In this document: positions 32,766 to 42,767 of the stretch, one piece after another | Position numbering within the stretch: position 1 is the stretch's first letter | Layout: every line of letters starts with the position of its first letter | NCBI GenBank assembly: GCA_021791515.1 | Contig: JAJYWK010000006.1 | Coordinates: 1 to 56,045, forward strand | Direction: 5' to 3' | From: a bacterium | GTDB lineage: Bacteria; Patescibacteriota; Doudnabacteria; UBA920 | DNA: 56,045 nucleotides | Notes under the pieces: generated by a model | What the model was told of the DNA's origin: nothing | Database searches by the model: none | The model's input: only the letters and a program-made list of their open reading frames with translations | Program-made: the position numbers and the translations under genes

Positions 32766-35012
32766 ATGAATAAAAAGCTATCTATGGGCAGAAGAAAAAA
32801 ATACGAAAAAGAAGAAGAGAAGCCAAAGAAGAAGTTTTCCCGGCCGAAATTGAATTTGTCGGCCGAAACCAAGCGCGGCATTTCCGTAATTGTCTTTGTG
32901 GTTTTGGCCCTAGTGGCGGTGTTAAGCATAGCCGGCCTGGCCGGTGCTTTAGGGCAGCAGGCATTTAAATTTTTAAGTTTAGTATTTGGGGTAATGACTT
33001 ATTTGGTACCCCTACTTTTGCTCTCGGTCGCTATTTCGCTTTATAAACAGGATTTGGAAAACGAAAGCCGCGCGCACGGATTTTACTGGCGGATTTATTT
33101 GGGCGCCATTCTCCTTGCCGGAAGTATTGGCGGACTGGTCCATGTTTTTTATTTGGGAAATCAAACTTCAGCTTTTGATTTAGCTTCCGAAGGCAGAGGC
33201 GGCGGGTATTTAGGCGCGCTTTTTGCCGCGCCTTTGTACCGTTATTTGGGTTTTTGGGCAGGCAGTTTAATTTTAATCGCGCTGATTGTAATTGGCGTGC
33301 TTATTACATTTGACGTGCCACTGAGGGAGTTGTTTAAAGGAAAGCAGCCGGAAGACCAAGAAGAAGCTCCGGCCAAGCCGCAAGCTTTGAAAATCAACGC
33401 TATGGGTAAAGAGGGGTTTGTGGCCGAAAAAGTTTTGGATAAAAATCCTAAAGTTAACGAAAATAACAATAACCAGGAAAGCAAAGATAAAGCTATTCAA
33501 ACATCTAAAGTTAATAACGCGGCAAAGGGCCAACAACTCCAACTAGAAGCCATAACATTAGAAGACCGTAAAGACTGGAAATTGCCGAACTTTGATTTAT
33601 TGGATGACAGCCAGACGGAAGTGGATAGCGGTAATATAGAAGTTAATGTCGCGATAATTAAAAAAACCCTGTCCGATTTTGGCATTGAGGTGGAAATGGG
33701 CGAGGTAAATGTGGGTCCAACGGTGACGCAATATACTTTAAGGCCGAACGTGGGCGTAAAGCTTTCCCAAATCGCGGCATTGCAAAATGATTTGGCGCTG
33801 TCTTTGGCCGCGCACAGCATCCGCATGGAATTGCCCATTCCGGGCAAAGCGTTGGTGGGCATCGAGGTGCCAAATAAATCCACGGCCATTGTGCGCCTTA
33901 GGGAAGTTATGCAGACTAATGATTTTGTAAATCATAAAAGCAAATTGGCTATTGCTTTGGGCCGCGATGTAGCCGGACATCCGATGATAGCGGATTTGGC
34001 TAAAATGCCGCATATGCTGGTAGCGGGCGCAACCGGCACAGGCAAGAGCGTTAGCATTAACAGCTTATTCATCTCCCTGCTTTATCGAAATACGCCGCAA
34101 GACGTGAAATTTATTGTAATTGATCCAAAGCGCGTGGAGTTGAATTTATATAACGGCATTCCTCATTTGCTGACGCCGGTGGTGACCGAAAATGAAAAGG
34201 CGGTTAATGCTCTAAAGTGGGCGGTGGCCGAGATGGATCGCAGATATAAATTATTGTCCGAAGCAGGCAAAAGAAATATTATAGAATATAACGAAGTTTC
34301 GGGTTTAAAGATGCCTTATATTGTAATTTTGGTGGATGAACTTGCGGATTTAATGGCCGTGGCGCAGGCAGATGTAGAGGCGGCAATTGTTCGTTTGGCG
34401 CAAATGGCGCGCGCGGTTGGCATCCACTTGGTTTTGGCCACCCAGCGGCCCTCCGTGGACATCATCACGGGCTTGATTAAGGCCAACATTACCTCGCGCG
34501 TGGCGTTTGCCGTGGCCAGCCAAATTGACAGCCGTACAATTTTAGATACATCTGGAGCTGAAAAATTGCTTGGAAACGGGGACATGCTTTACACTTCGGC
34601 TGAATTTAACAAGCCAAAGCGCGTTCAGGGCGCGTACATTGGCGAAAAGGAAGTGAAAAAAGTTGTTGATTTCTTTAAAGCCCAGGTTGGCGCGGTAATT
34701 TACAACGAAGAAATTTTGGAAAAACCCAAACGGTCGCTGGGAATTCCGGGGATGGAAGGCGAAGGCGGCAGTGATGACGATGATCCTTTATTGGAAGAAG
34801 CCACGGACGAAGTGAAGCGCGCCGGCAAAGCCTCCGCTTCTCTTTTACAGCGCCGGCTCAGGGTGGGTTATGCCCGGGCCGCCCGTCTTTTGGACATTAT
34901 GGAAGCTCGCGGGATTATTGGCCCGGGCGAGGGAGCTAAGCCGAGGGAAGTGTATGGAGTGGTGCCGCCGGATGAAAAGGCGGAGTATGGAATAGAAGAA
35001 GATCAACAATAA
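32766..35012 (+). CDS. ftsK: DNA translocase FtsK/SpoIIIE
   Basis: N-terminal TM segments, Walker A GATGTGKSV, VDELADLM, ATQRPSVDIITG, and a gamma-domain-like C-terminus LLQRRLRVGYARAARLLD. I moved the start to the ATG at 32766, outside an upstream hairpin repeat. Confidence 0.9.
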   Translation: MNKKLSMGRRKKYEKEEEKPKKKFSRPKLNLSAETKRGISVIVFVVLALVAVLSIAGLAGALGQQAFKFLSLVFGVMTYLVPLLLLSVAISLYKQDLENESRAHGFYWRIYLGAILLAGSIGGLVHVFYLGNQTSAFDLASEGRGGGYLGALFAAPLYRYLGFWAGSLILIALIVIGVLITFDVPLRELFKGKQPEDQEEAPAKPQALKINAMGKEGFVAEKVLDKNPKVNENNNNQESKDKAIQTSKVNNAAKGQQLQLEAITLEDRKDWKLPNFDLLDDSQTEVDSGNIEVNVAIIKKTLSDFGIEVEMGEVNVGPTVTQYTLRPNVGVKLSQIAALQNDLALSLAAHSIRMELPIPGKALVGIEVPNKSTAIVRLREVMQTNDFVNHKSKLAIALGRDVAGHPMIADLAKMPHMLVAGATGTGKSVSINSLFISLLYRNTPQDVKFIVIDPKRVELNLYNGIPHLLTPVVTENEKAVNALKWAVAEMDRRYKLLSEAGKRNIIEYNEVSGLKMPYIVILVDELADLMAVAQADVEAAIVRLAQMARAVGIHLVLATQRPSVDIITGLIKANITSRVAFAVASQIDSRTILDTSGAEKLLGNGDMLYTSAEFNKPKRVQGAYIGEKEVKKVVDFFKAQVGAVIYNEEILEKPKRSLGIPGMEGEGGSDDDDPLLEEATDEVKRAGKASASLLQRRLRVGYARAARLLDIMEARGIIGPGEGAKPREVYGVVPPDEKAEYGIEEDQQ

Positions 35013-35107
35013 AAACAAAATCCGAAATTCGATAATCGAAATTCGAAACAATTTTTAAATTTGGAATTTGTTTCGGATTTAGTGCTTTGGATTTCGGATT
35101 TATCTTT

Positions 35108-36064
35108 ATGATATTTGAAAAGAAAAAACTGCAGATTGAGACTTTAAGCGAGTATTTATCCGAAGTCAGAAGAAATTTAAATCTGTCGGCTGAGGAAGTT
35201 TGCAGTAAAGCCGGGATGAGCCTAAAATTTTTGGAAGGATTGGAAACCGGTCAATTAAAAAATTTGCCGGCAGATGTTTATGTTTACGGTTTTTTAAGGC
35301 AATTGGGGGCAATTTATGCCGTGAATGCGGATGAGTTAATTAGCCAGTATAAAAAGGAGCGGGGGATAGTTCAGCAACTCAGCAAAAATCAACAAGCCAT
35401 CAGCAGCGACTGGAAAAAAAAATTTGACAAATTGATTATTACGCCCAAGCTAGTGAGCGTTGGCGCAGGATTGCTGTTTATTGCAATAACCGTAGGTTAT
35501 ATAATCTGGCAAGTTTGGTCTATTAATAAGATGCCAAGCTTAACAATAATATTCCCGCCGGATAATTCTGTAATCGCCGGTTCAGCGGTGGAAATCCGCG
35601 GACAGACCGATTCGGGCATGAGCGTAGAGATTAATCATCAGCCTGTGTTTGTGGACAGCCAGGGGGCTTTTCGCACGGAACTGGGTTTAAGCGCGGGCCC
35701 GAGGCAGATTTTTATTACGGCTAAAAATCGTTTTAATAAGTCCATAAGCAAATCAATAAATATTACTGCCCAACCCGGCGGTAATTTACCGGCCACAATG
35801 GGCGTGGAATTAAAATTGGATTTTGCCGGCCAGGCAACTGTAAATTATGTATTGGACGATGGCGCTCCCGGCAATCTGAGTTTTAACGCTGGCGATTCTA
35901 AAGTTCTTACCGCTGAGCAAAAAATTGTCTTGTCGACTTCTGATGCGGGTGTAACCAAGGTGACATTTAACGGCCAGGTTTTGGGGTTTTTAGGCAGAGC
36001 CGGCGAAGCTTTAAACAGTATTCCTTTTTTAGTCCAAGTTGATTCGGCAAAAAAAGGAAAATAA
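35108..36064 (+). CDS. RodZ-like HTH membrane protein
   Basis: N-terminal HTH LSAEEVCSKAGMSLKFLEGLETGQ, LPADVYVYGFLRQ, one TM segment, and a C-terminal beta-rich domain. An alternative TTG start lies at 35087. Confidence 0.7.
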   Translation: MIFEKKKLQIETLSEYLSEVRRNLNLSAEEVCSKAGMSLKFLEGLETGQLKNLPADVYVYGFLRQLGAIYAVNADELISQYKKERGIVQQLSKNQQAISSDWKKKFDKLIITPKLVSVGAGLLFIAITVGYIIWQVWSINKMPSLTIIFPPDNSVIAGSAVEIRGQTDSGMSVEINHQPVFVDSQGAFRTELGLSAGPRQIFITAKNRFNKSISKSINITAQPGGNLPATMGVELKLDFAGQATVNYVLDDGAPGNLSFNAGDSKVLTAEQKIVLSTSDAGVTKVTFNGQVLGFLGRAGEALNSIPFLVQVDSAKKGK

Positions 36065-36177
36065 GAGTTATCCACAAGTATTTTTTGACAAGTGGTGAAC
36101 GATAGTATACTATTATAGTAAATAAACTAATTATTATAATCAGTTATTAATAAATTGTTATAAGTTAATTCATTTTT

Positions 36178-37245
36178 ATGACAAAAACAACAACAAAAGC
36201 TTCCATGCAGGAAGAAGGCAAATGGAAAGCCGTAACCAGCGCCATGGATCAAATTCAGGATAAGTTCGGCGCCGGCAGTATTATGAAATTGTCCGACTCC
36301 AAAACTATGGACGTAGCGGCAACGCCGACAGGCAGTATTAGTTTGGATTTAGCCTTAGGCGTGGGCGGTATTCCCAAGGGGAGGGTTGTAGAAATTTATG
36401 GCCCGGAAAGCTCCGGGAAAACCACCCTAACCTTGCATATGATTGCCGAAGTGCAAAAACGCGGGGGTCTGGCCGCGTTTATTGACGCCGAACACGCTTT
36501 AGACCCTGAATATGCCAAGCGAATTGGCGTAAAGTTGGAAGATTTGCTGATTTCCCAGCCGGACAATGGCGAACAGGCTTTGGATATTTGCGAAACCTTG
36601 GTTAGGAGTAATGGATTGGATTTAATAGTTATAGATTCTGTTGCCGCATTAACGCCAAGGAACGAAATTGAAGGCGAAATGGGCGACAGCCATATGGGTC
36701 TGCAGGCCAGGCTAATGTCGCAAGCTCTTCGTAAGCTTACAGCAATTATTTCCAAAACCAGCACGACAGTAATTTTTATAAACCAAATTCGGATGAAGAT
36801 TGGGGTAATGTTCGGCAACCCGGAAACCACTACCGGAGGCAACGCGTTGAAATTTTACGCATCGGTTAGAATAGAAGTGCGCCGCAACGCGCAAATTAAA
36901 AATGGCGACAAGGTCGTGGGTAATCGCGTCAAAGTTAAAATTGTAAAAAATAAAGTGGCTCCGCCTTTTAGGACCGCGGAGTTTGATATTATGTATAACG
37001 AAGGAATCTCTGCTTCCGGCGATTTGCTGGATACCGGCGTTTTGCTTGGCGTGGTGGAAAAGAGCGGGAACACTTATAGTTTTGGTGATGTTAAGTTTGG
37101 CGTGGGCAAAGAAACAGCCAAGGCCTTCTTAAAAGAAAATGTTAAAGTTTTTAAAGAAGTAGATAAAGCTGTGCGGGAAAAAGTCAAAAGCGGAGAAGCG
37201 GTATTGCCGGCCAAACAGCCGGATGAAGAGGACGAAGCGGAATAA
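36178..37245 (+). CDS. recA: recombinase RecA
   Basis: [57 protein letters not shown]. Confidence 0.97.
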   Translation: MTKTTTKASMQEEGKWKAVTSAMDQIQDKFGAGSIMKLSDSKTMDVAATPTGSISLDLALGVGGIPKGRVVEIYGPESSGKTTLTLHMIAEVQKRGGLAAFIDAEHALDPEYAKRIGVKLEDLLISQPDNGEQALDICETLVRSNGLDLIVIDSVAALTPRNEIEGEMGDSHMGLQARLMSQALRKLTAIISKTSTTVIFINQIRMKIGVMFGNPETTTGGNALKFYASVRIEVRRNAQIKNGDKVVGNRVKVKIVKNKVAPPFRTAEFDIMYNEGISASGDLLDTGVLLGVVEKSGNTYSFGDVKFGVGKETAKAFLKENVKVFKEVDKAVREKVKSGEAVLPAKQPDEEDEAE

Positions 37246-37289
37246 ACATCACTTGAAATCACAATCAGTTCTATCCAAAGAAAGTTAAG

Positions 37290-37835
37290 ATGAGAAATAA
37301 AAATCAAAATTTAACTTCAAGTTTGCCCGTGCCAACGAAAATGATAGAACGGCGGATTTATATTATACGACGACAGAAGGTTATGTTGGACTTTGACCTG
37401 GCTGAGCTTTACCAAGTGCCGACATCCAGGCTCAATGAGGCAGAAAAAAGGAATATTGAGCGCTTTCCGGAAGATTTTATGTTTCGGTTTTCAGATGAGG
37501 AATTGAATAATTGGAGATCGCAGTTTGCGATATCCAATCCTACAGTAAAAATGGGATTACGCCGGCCGCCGTATGCTTTTACCGAACAAGGGGTGGCAAT
37601 GTTATCTTCAGTTTTAAACAGCAAGCGGGCAATTGCCGTAAATATTGCGATTATGCGGGCGTTTGTGAAGTTAAGGCAAATAATGTCTGGCAACAAGCAA
37701 ATTGCCAAAATAATTGAAAAGCTGGAAACAGAGCAAAAGCGCCAGCAGTTGGATATTGCGGTAATATTCCAAGTTATAAAAAAATTGATCACAGAGCAAA
37801 AATCCACCGGAGTAAAAATTGGTTTTAGAACCTAA
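37290..37835 (+). CDS. ORF6N-domain DNA-binding protein
   Basis: RIYIIRRQKVMLDFDLAELYQV...NEAEKRNIERFPEDFMF... PYAFTEQGVAMLSSVLNSKRAI. Confidence 0.7.
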   Translation: MRNKNQNLTSSLPVPTKMIERRIYIIRRQKVMLDFDLAELYQVPTSRLNEAEKRNIERFPEDFMFRFSDEELNNWRSQFAISNPTVKMGLRRPPYAFTEQGVAMLSSVLNSKRAIAVNIAIMRAFVKLRQIMSGNKQIAKIIEKLETEQKRQQLDIAVIFQVIKKLITEQKSTGVKIGFRT

Positions 37836-37884
37836 AAAAGTGAACCGCCCTGCGACCAGCACAGGGCGGCTTTGAATCGGGGCA

Positions 37885-38295
37885 TTACTCCCCCGGTTCT
37901 GGGGGGAGATACTCGGTGGCACGGATGCTTGAAACCATCTCCTTCCCTGCCTCAAGCAGAGTGGCAAAGATGAGAATTTCCCGAAACTCCATCGTGATTT
38001 CGTTGAGAAAATCTCCAAGCCGCTCGCCGGACAATTGCAGCGTAAAGCAGTTGAGGCGCGTCAGGGCCCACACTACTCCTTGCGGACCGGGTATATTCGT
38101 GCTGGAAAGAAGCTCGTTTTTTTCACCAAACATTACCCGAGACCAGTGGAGTTCTTGGGTACTCGGATACCATGAATACGATTCCCTGAATTTTATCCCG
38201 TCCTCACTCAACTCAAGATCTGCCTGGAAATAGCCGCTAAACGGGTTATCTGGCAAGAGCCGCTCTTGCCAGATACCTGAAAAAGAAGTCAGCAT
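37885..38295 (-). CDS. hypothetical protein (GC-richer, divergent from TrmB paralog 5)
   Basis: 136-aa ORF with no recognised motif. Confidence 0.45.
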   Translation of the reverse strand: MLTSFSGIWQERLLPDNPFSGYFQADLELSEDGIKFRESYSWYPSTQELHWSRVMFGEKNELLSSTNIPGPQGVVWALTRLNCFTLQLSGERLGDFLNEITMEFREILIFATLLEAGKEMVSSIRATEYLPPEPGE

Positions 38296-38446
38296 ACTAC
38301 CCTCCTTACAGTTGGTCTTTCCTTTTGGGGCCTTAATTTTTACACTTTTTTACCAAAATGTCTGCAAATCTTATTAAACCCTAACATTATATTGATTTAA
38401 TATAAATAAAATGGTAGTATTTATATGTCTAAAATAGTAGACATAT

Positions 38447-39190
38447 ATGAAAGAATTATCGGAAAGTTTGGAAAAGTTGGGTTGGCATAACAAAAAAGCC
38501 AAAGTTTATTTGGCGCTTTTGCAATTGGGTGAAGGTAGTGTTATCGATATTGCTTATAAGTCTGGCCTAAAACGAACCACTGTTTACAACATTCTTCCTG
38601 AAATGGTTCGCGAAGGAATTGTGACGACAGGCATTAAACATCAAAAGAAGTATTATTATGTAGAGAATCCGAAAAATCTCAAGCAGGATTTTCAGGATAA
38701 AATAAACTATATTGAGAAAATACTGCCAGAGCTTTCCGCTATCCATAACATTATTCCCTATAAGCCGAAAATTTCTTATTATGAGGGCGTGGGTGGAATG
38801 AAAGAGTTGTATTTAGATACGTTAGACAGCTTACATGGTGGCGATACCATTTTAAGTTATACGGGTTTTAGGGATTATTATCAGTTTATGCCAAGGGAAT
38901 ATATGGACTGGTATGTGCAGGAAAGAGTTAACCGTAAAATTAGAATAAAAATGATCGTTCCAGATTTTCCGACGACTAGGGAAATTTTACCACAAGCTCA
39001 AAGTACTTTGCGCGAAATTAAAGTTATTCCGGGCGACACTTGGCAGTTTTCCGCAGATACGGAAATTTATGCTAATAAGGTTGCGCTTATCTCCCACACG
39101 GAAAATTTTATTGGTGTAATCATTGAAAGTAAAGAAATTAACCAGATGCAGAGGATGGCTTTTGAAATTATGTGGAATGCGCTAAAATAA
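38447..39190 (+). CDS. TrmB-like HTH transcriptional regulator (paralog 5)
   Basis: LGWHNKKAKVYLALLQLGEGSVIDIA...RTTVYNILPEMVREGIV. The inverted repeat atatgtct-n8-agacatat overlaps the start region. Confidence 0.7.
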   Translation: MKELSESLEKLGWHNKKAKVYLALLQLGEGSVIDIAYKSGLKRTTVYNILPEMVREGIVTTGIKHQKKYYYVENPKNLKQDFQDKINYIEKILPELSAIHNIIPYKPKISYYEGVGGMKELYLDTLDSLHGGDTILSYTGFRDYYQFMPREYMDWYVQERVNRKIRIKMIVPDFPTTREILPQAQSTLREIKVIPGDTWQFSADTEIYANKVALISHTENFIGVIIESKEINQMQRMAFEIMWNALK

Positions 39191-39195
39191 AGTTT

Positions 39196-41502
39196 ATGTC
39201 TAATAAAACCATCTATTGCAGTTTGGATATTGAGACTTCGGGGTTTGATCCTTTAAAACACGAAATTTTAGAGGTGGGGTTTATTTTATTTAAAATTGAA
39301 GATTTGAGATTTAAGATTTTAGAGGAATGGACACAGGTATTTAAGCCAAGCAAGGAAGTTTCGCCGCAAGTATTTGCTTTAACCGGCATAACGCAGGAGG
39401 AATTGAACAGTGCGCCAAAGTTTTCTGAATTTCATGAGTTTTTGCAAGGCAAGCTGGGTAGCGCCATAATTGTCGGACACAATATTGTTTTTGATATTAA
39501 ATTTTTGGAAACTTTTGGCATTAAATTTTCCGGTCAAACCATAGACACTTTGGACTTGGCCCAGTGGCTGTTGCCTACGCATCATAGTTATAATTTGGAA
39601 AATTTAATGCATACTTTTGGCATTAGCCATAAAGACGCTCACCGGGCTTTAGCCGATGCCCAAGCCACATTAAAGCTTTTGCAAAAATTGTTGGGAGTGT
39701 TTGCAGGTTTTCCAAAAGAATTGCAAAGTCAGATTAAAAGTTTAATTAAGCCGCATGGTTTTACTTGGCAGGATTTTTTTGAGGCTAAAATCAGCCCTGT
39801 AAATTTGCCGGCCAAAATTTCATCTAAAATTATCGGAAAATACAATTCATTTGTTATTAATCCGGGGAAAATTTACAACTTCAATTTTGGGGAGAACTAT
39901 ATTGAATCTGTCGCTTCAAGCTTAAGAAATAAAGGAGTTAATTGTCTGTTAGTGGTGCCTAAGGCGCAACAGGCGCTGGATCTTTATCGTATGGGCTTGG
40001 CGGATGAAACAGTATTTAACAGCGACATTTCATTTGATGAAAAAAAGTTTAAAACCTTCTTAAATAAAGAAAATTTAACCCCGGAAGAATTAAAATTTTT
40101 GCTTAAGGTTTTGGTTTGGAAAAATACTAATTGGCAAACTAAAACGGTTTTGGATTTGAACTTTTCTTTTTTTGGGGGGCAGTTTAAAAATTTAATTTGC
40201 GGTAAAATTTTGAAAGAATCTAAGGCCGCCAAGCTCGTTGTAACCGACCAAAAGAATTTTTTGCAGAGTTCAACTGCCACGAAAAAACAAACCCGGGAAG
40301 TTGTAATTTGCGGGCTGAATGAACTGGAACAGGCAATAACCGAAGATTTGGGAACTAAGACAAGCTGGGGATATTTAATCTATTTATTAAAATCTTTTTA
40401 TAATCCGGAATTGAATTTGGGAAAAGAAGAATATAAAGAAAATATTTTGGAAGGTTTGGCTGCGGCAGATTTGTTTTTTGGCCTGGTAAGTGCGCTTTTA
40501 AAAAGCCAAACCGAAGGCTTTGAATATTTTAAAATTTCAGAAGAAACAGAAAATAATGAGAAATTTATAAAAATCATGCATGCGGCAGAGCATCTGTCAG
40601 ATAAACTAGATTCTATTAACCAGGTACTAAAATCTGAACAGTTAAATAATTTTAAAGAAAATTTACAGAAATTTTTTGCCGATCAACCAAACCGAGTAAG
40701 GTGGGTCGAGTTGGCAGAAACCAGATGCGCTTTAGTAAGTATGCCGATTCAGCTTGCCCCGTTATTTTCCAAAGTCTTAAAAAACACCAAGCATATTGCT
40801 TTGGCTGATGCGCTGGGGCCGCAAGTTTTATTTAATTATTTTATTCAGCGGTTTGGTTTGGAAAATTTTAAATTAGAAACAGCCAAAGCTGAGAAAAAAA
40901 CCAAACAGGGAGATTTATTTGATTTGGTAAGGTCATTCTCAGGGAAAAAAATCAAACTCGTTTTTCATTTTGAACCCAGAACAGCAACTGCTGATGAGAT
41001 AACGGATTTGATTTTAAATAAAAAAAGCCTACCTGGAGCGGTGTTGTTCAGCAGCAGCCTTCAGGTTCGTGATTATTATGAGCAGAATTTTGAAAAGCTC
41101 AAAGAACAGGCGGCAATTTTGGCGCAATCTGCTACCGGCGGCGGGAATAAGCTACTTAGAAATTTTGGGATTAGCAAAAAAAGCCTGCTTCTTGCGACGG
41201 ACAAGTTTATCTTAAAGCAGCTAAATAATTCTAATCAGGTGGATCCGGTTCAAAGTTTACAGGTAAATACCTTAATTTTAAATCGACTACCCTTTGAGCA
41301 ATTTAGCCATCCTTACCAGGAAGCGGTATCTAAATCCTTCAGCAACCCTTTTATGGAATTTGCTCTGCCAAAGGCTTTGTTAAATTTTGTAAACATTCTT
41401 AAGTTTTTTTATAGTTCTGATTTAAAAGAGTTCTACATTTTTGACCCAAAATTGGCTAAAGAGTACGCCAGTTGCTTTTTAGACCTGAAAAAGTTGTTTT
41501 AA
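39196..41502 (+). CDS. DnaQ-like 3'-5' exonuclease fused to a DinG-like helicase-related domain
   Basis: Exo motifs SLDIETSGFDP, VGHNIVFDIKFLE, HRALADAQAT. The C-terminal part resembles DinG (LLLATDKFIL...LILNRLPFE), but I could not find a GxxxxGK[ST] Walker A. Confidence 0.6.
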   Translation: MSNKTIYCSLDIETSGFDPLKHEILEVGFILFKIEDLRFKILEEWTQVFKPSKEVSPQVFALTGITQEELNSAPKFSEFHEFLQGKLGSAIIVGHNIVFDIKFLETFGIKFSGQTIDTLDLAQWLLPTHHSYNLENLMHTFGISHKDAHRALADAQATLKLLQKLLGVFAGFPKELQSQIKSLIKPHGFTWQDFFEAKISPVNLPAKISSKIIGKYNSFVINPGKIYNFNFGENYIESVASSLRNKGVNCLLVVPKAQQALDLYRMGLADETVFNSDISFDEKKFKTFLNKENLTPEELKFLLKVLVWKNTNWQTKTVLDLNFSFFGGQFKNLICGKILKESKAAKLVVTDQKNFLQSSTATKKQTREVVICGLNELEQAITEDLGTKTSWGYLIYLLKSFYNPELNLGKEEYKENILEGLAAADLFFGLVSALLKSQTEGFEYFKISEETENNEKFIKIMHAAEHLSDKLDSINQVLKSEQLNNFKENLQKFFADQPNRVRWVELAETRCALVSMPIQLAPLFSKVLKNTKHIALADALGPQVLFNYFIQRFGLENFKLETAKAEKKTKQGDLFDLVRSFSGKKIKLVFHFEPRTATADEITDLILNKKSLPGAVLFSSSLQVRDYYEQNFEKLKEQAAILAQSATGGGNKLLRNFGISKKSLLLATDKFILKQLNNSNQVDPVQSLQVNTLILNRLPFEQFSHPYQEAVSKSFSNPFMEFALPKALLNFVNILKFFYSSDLKEFYIFDPKLAKEYASCFLDLKKLF

Positions 41503-42399
41503 GATGTAACTAACAGGTTATCCACAACTAGTTCTAAGTCTGTTTTTTAGTAAAATTGGTAGTTAAAAATCAGTTTTTACTTTCAAATAAGCGATAATTT
41601 TTTATCATTAAGCCATAATCTTGACAAAGCTAAAAATGCTTGATATGCTGAATATACAGTAAATGTGTGGACAAGCAAGAGAAACAAAAGTACCTTAAAA
41701 ACTAAAAAATCAATCCAACTTCATTTGCTTTTGGCAGATTTAGGTGGATCCTTCAACTGAACTGGGGAAATTTGCCTTGAAATTACGATTTAAGGGTAAT
41801 TTTCCTCTTAACTTCTCGTCATAGCCTGTCCAATCCAGGCTGTTTGCAAAACAAAAACAAAAAAATGAAGGTTATTTATTCTCCCCGAGTAAATAACGAA
41901 TTATATTTCAAAATAAAATATAATTTTGTTAAGGTGTTCACTCACCAGAAGAGAAGTTTAGAGTGCAGTTTGAAATTAGGTTGGACTTCAGACGCTTCTT
42001 CCCGATGTTAATCGGGAAAGGCCTGAATCAACAGTGTGGTATTCTTTGCACAACGTTTAGGGTCTAAACATTTAGACCCTGCAGGTTGTGCGAAGCGTAT
42101 CCGATTGATTCGGGTTACAAGCGCCTCGCGTGGGCATTTAATTTTATTTAACGGCCCCTAACCGGGGCGCTTTTTCATTTTACCTGTCTAATTAAAATTA
42201 TTACGGCTGTTATTTTTATAAAATTTAGAGTTAAAAAAGCTGACTGGTCTATATTGGTTGAAAAGTTTTAGCGGGTGGAGAAGTTTGCGGTGTTTTAGAT
42301 AATCGGATATAATAAATGCAGAAAATTAATCGCAATTTTTTATGCTATCACAAGCTTTTACCCAGCACTTAGATTAATTATTTACTTATTTAATATTTT
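41503..42399. other. about 0.9-kb region with no ORF of 60 aa or more; candidate ncRNA or regulatory region
   Basis: Contains ttatccaca (41515-41523) and tgtggacaa (41665-41673); a sigma70-like promoter ttgaca-n17-tatgct (from about 41623); a hairpin plus T-run (41821-41848); a long hairpin tgcacaac...gttgtgcg (about 42044-42095); and a terminator gcccc-taacc-ggggc-gcttttt (42153-42175). Confidence 0.4.
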
Positions 42400-42747
42400 A
42401 TGCAAAATGACGGAAAAAATGACAATCTAAGATCCACAGGGCATTTAAGTGCTGGGTTTATAGAAGAGATGAATCACAAGCTGTTGGCTGCCAAAGAAAA
42501 GTTGGAAGCTGATTTAAATGGGTTAAAAGTGCATGAGGAATTGGGCGCGGATTTAGATTCAAATGTTCAGGAAGTGGAAGACGATGAGGTCAGTCAGGAT
42601 TTAATTGCCCGCATGAAACAGGATTTGGAAAAAATAAATAATGCTTTGGCAAAAATTTCCGCCGGCACTTACGGTACTGACAGCGAAGGCGAGGCGATTT
42701 CGGAAGAACGCTTGCGCGTTATGCCTTGGGCAGACAAGGCTTTATAA
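42400..42747 (+). CDS. DksA/TraR-family-like protein lacking the zinc-finger cysteines
   Basis: A coiled-coil region, then ALAKISAGTYGTDSEGEAISEERLRVMPWADKAL. This aligns to the C4 finger region, but all four Cys positions are replaced. Confidence 0.55.
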   Translation: MQNDGKNDNLRSTGHLSAGFIEEMNHKLLAAKEKLEADLNGLKVHEELGADLDSNVQEVEDDEVSQDLIARMKQDLEKINNALAKISAGTYGTDSEGEAISEERLRVMPWADKAL

Positions 42748-42767
42748 TTTAGAATCTTGAATTAGGG

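Noticed and set aside
37290-38295. Prophage or integrated element around the ORF6N gene downstream of recA.
   Set aside because: There are no integrase, capsid, terminase or other phage genes, and no flanking direct repeats. A single ORF6N-domain gene is insufficient.
41515-41673. Calling the 0.9-kb gene-free region the chromosomal origin (oriC).
   Set aside because: I found only two DnaA-box-like words, there is no adjacent dnaA or dnaN, and the same 9-mer also occurs upstream of recA. I kept it only as a low-confidence alternative within the finding.
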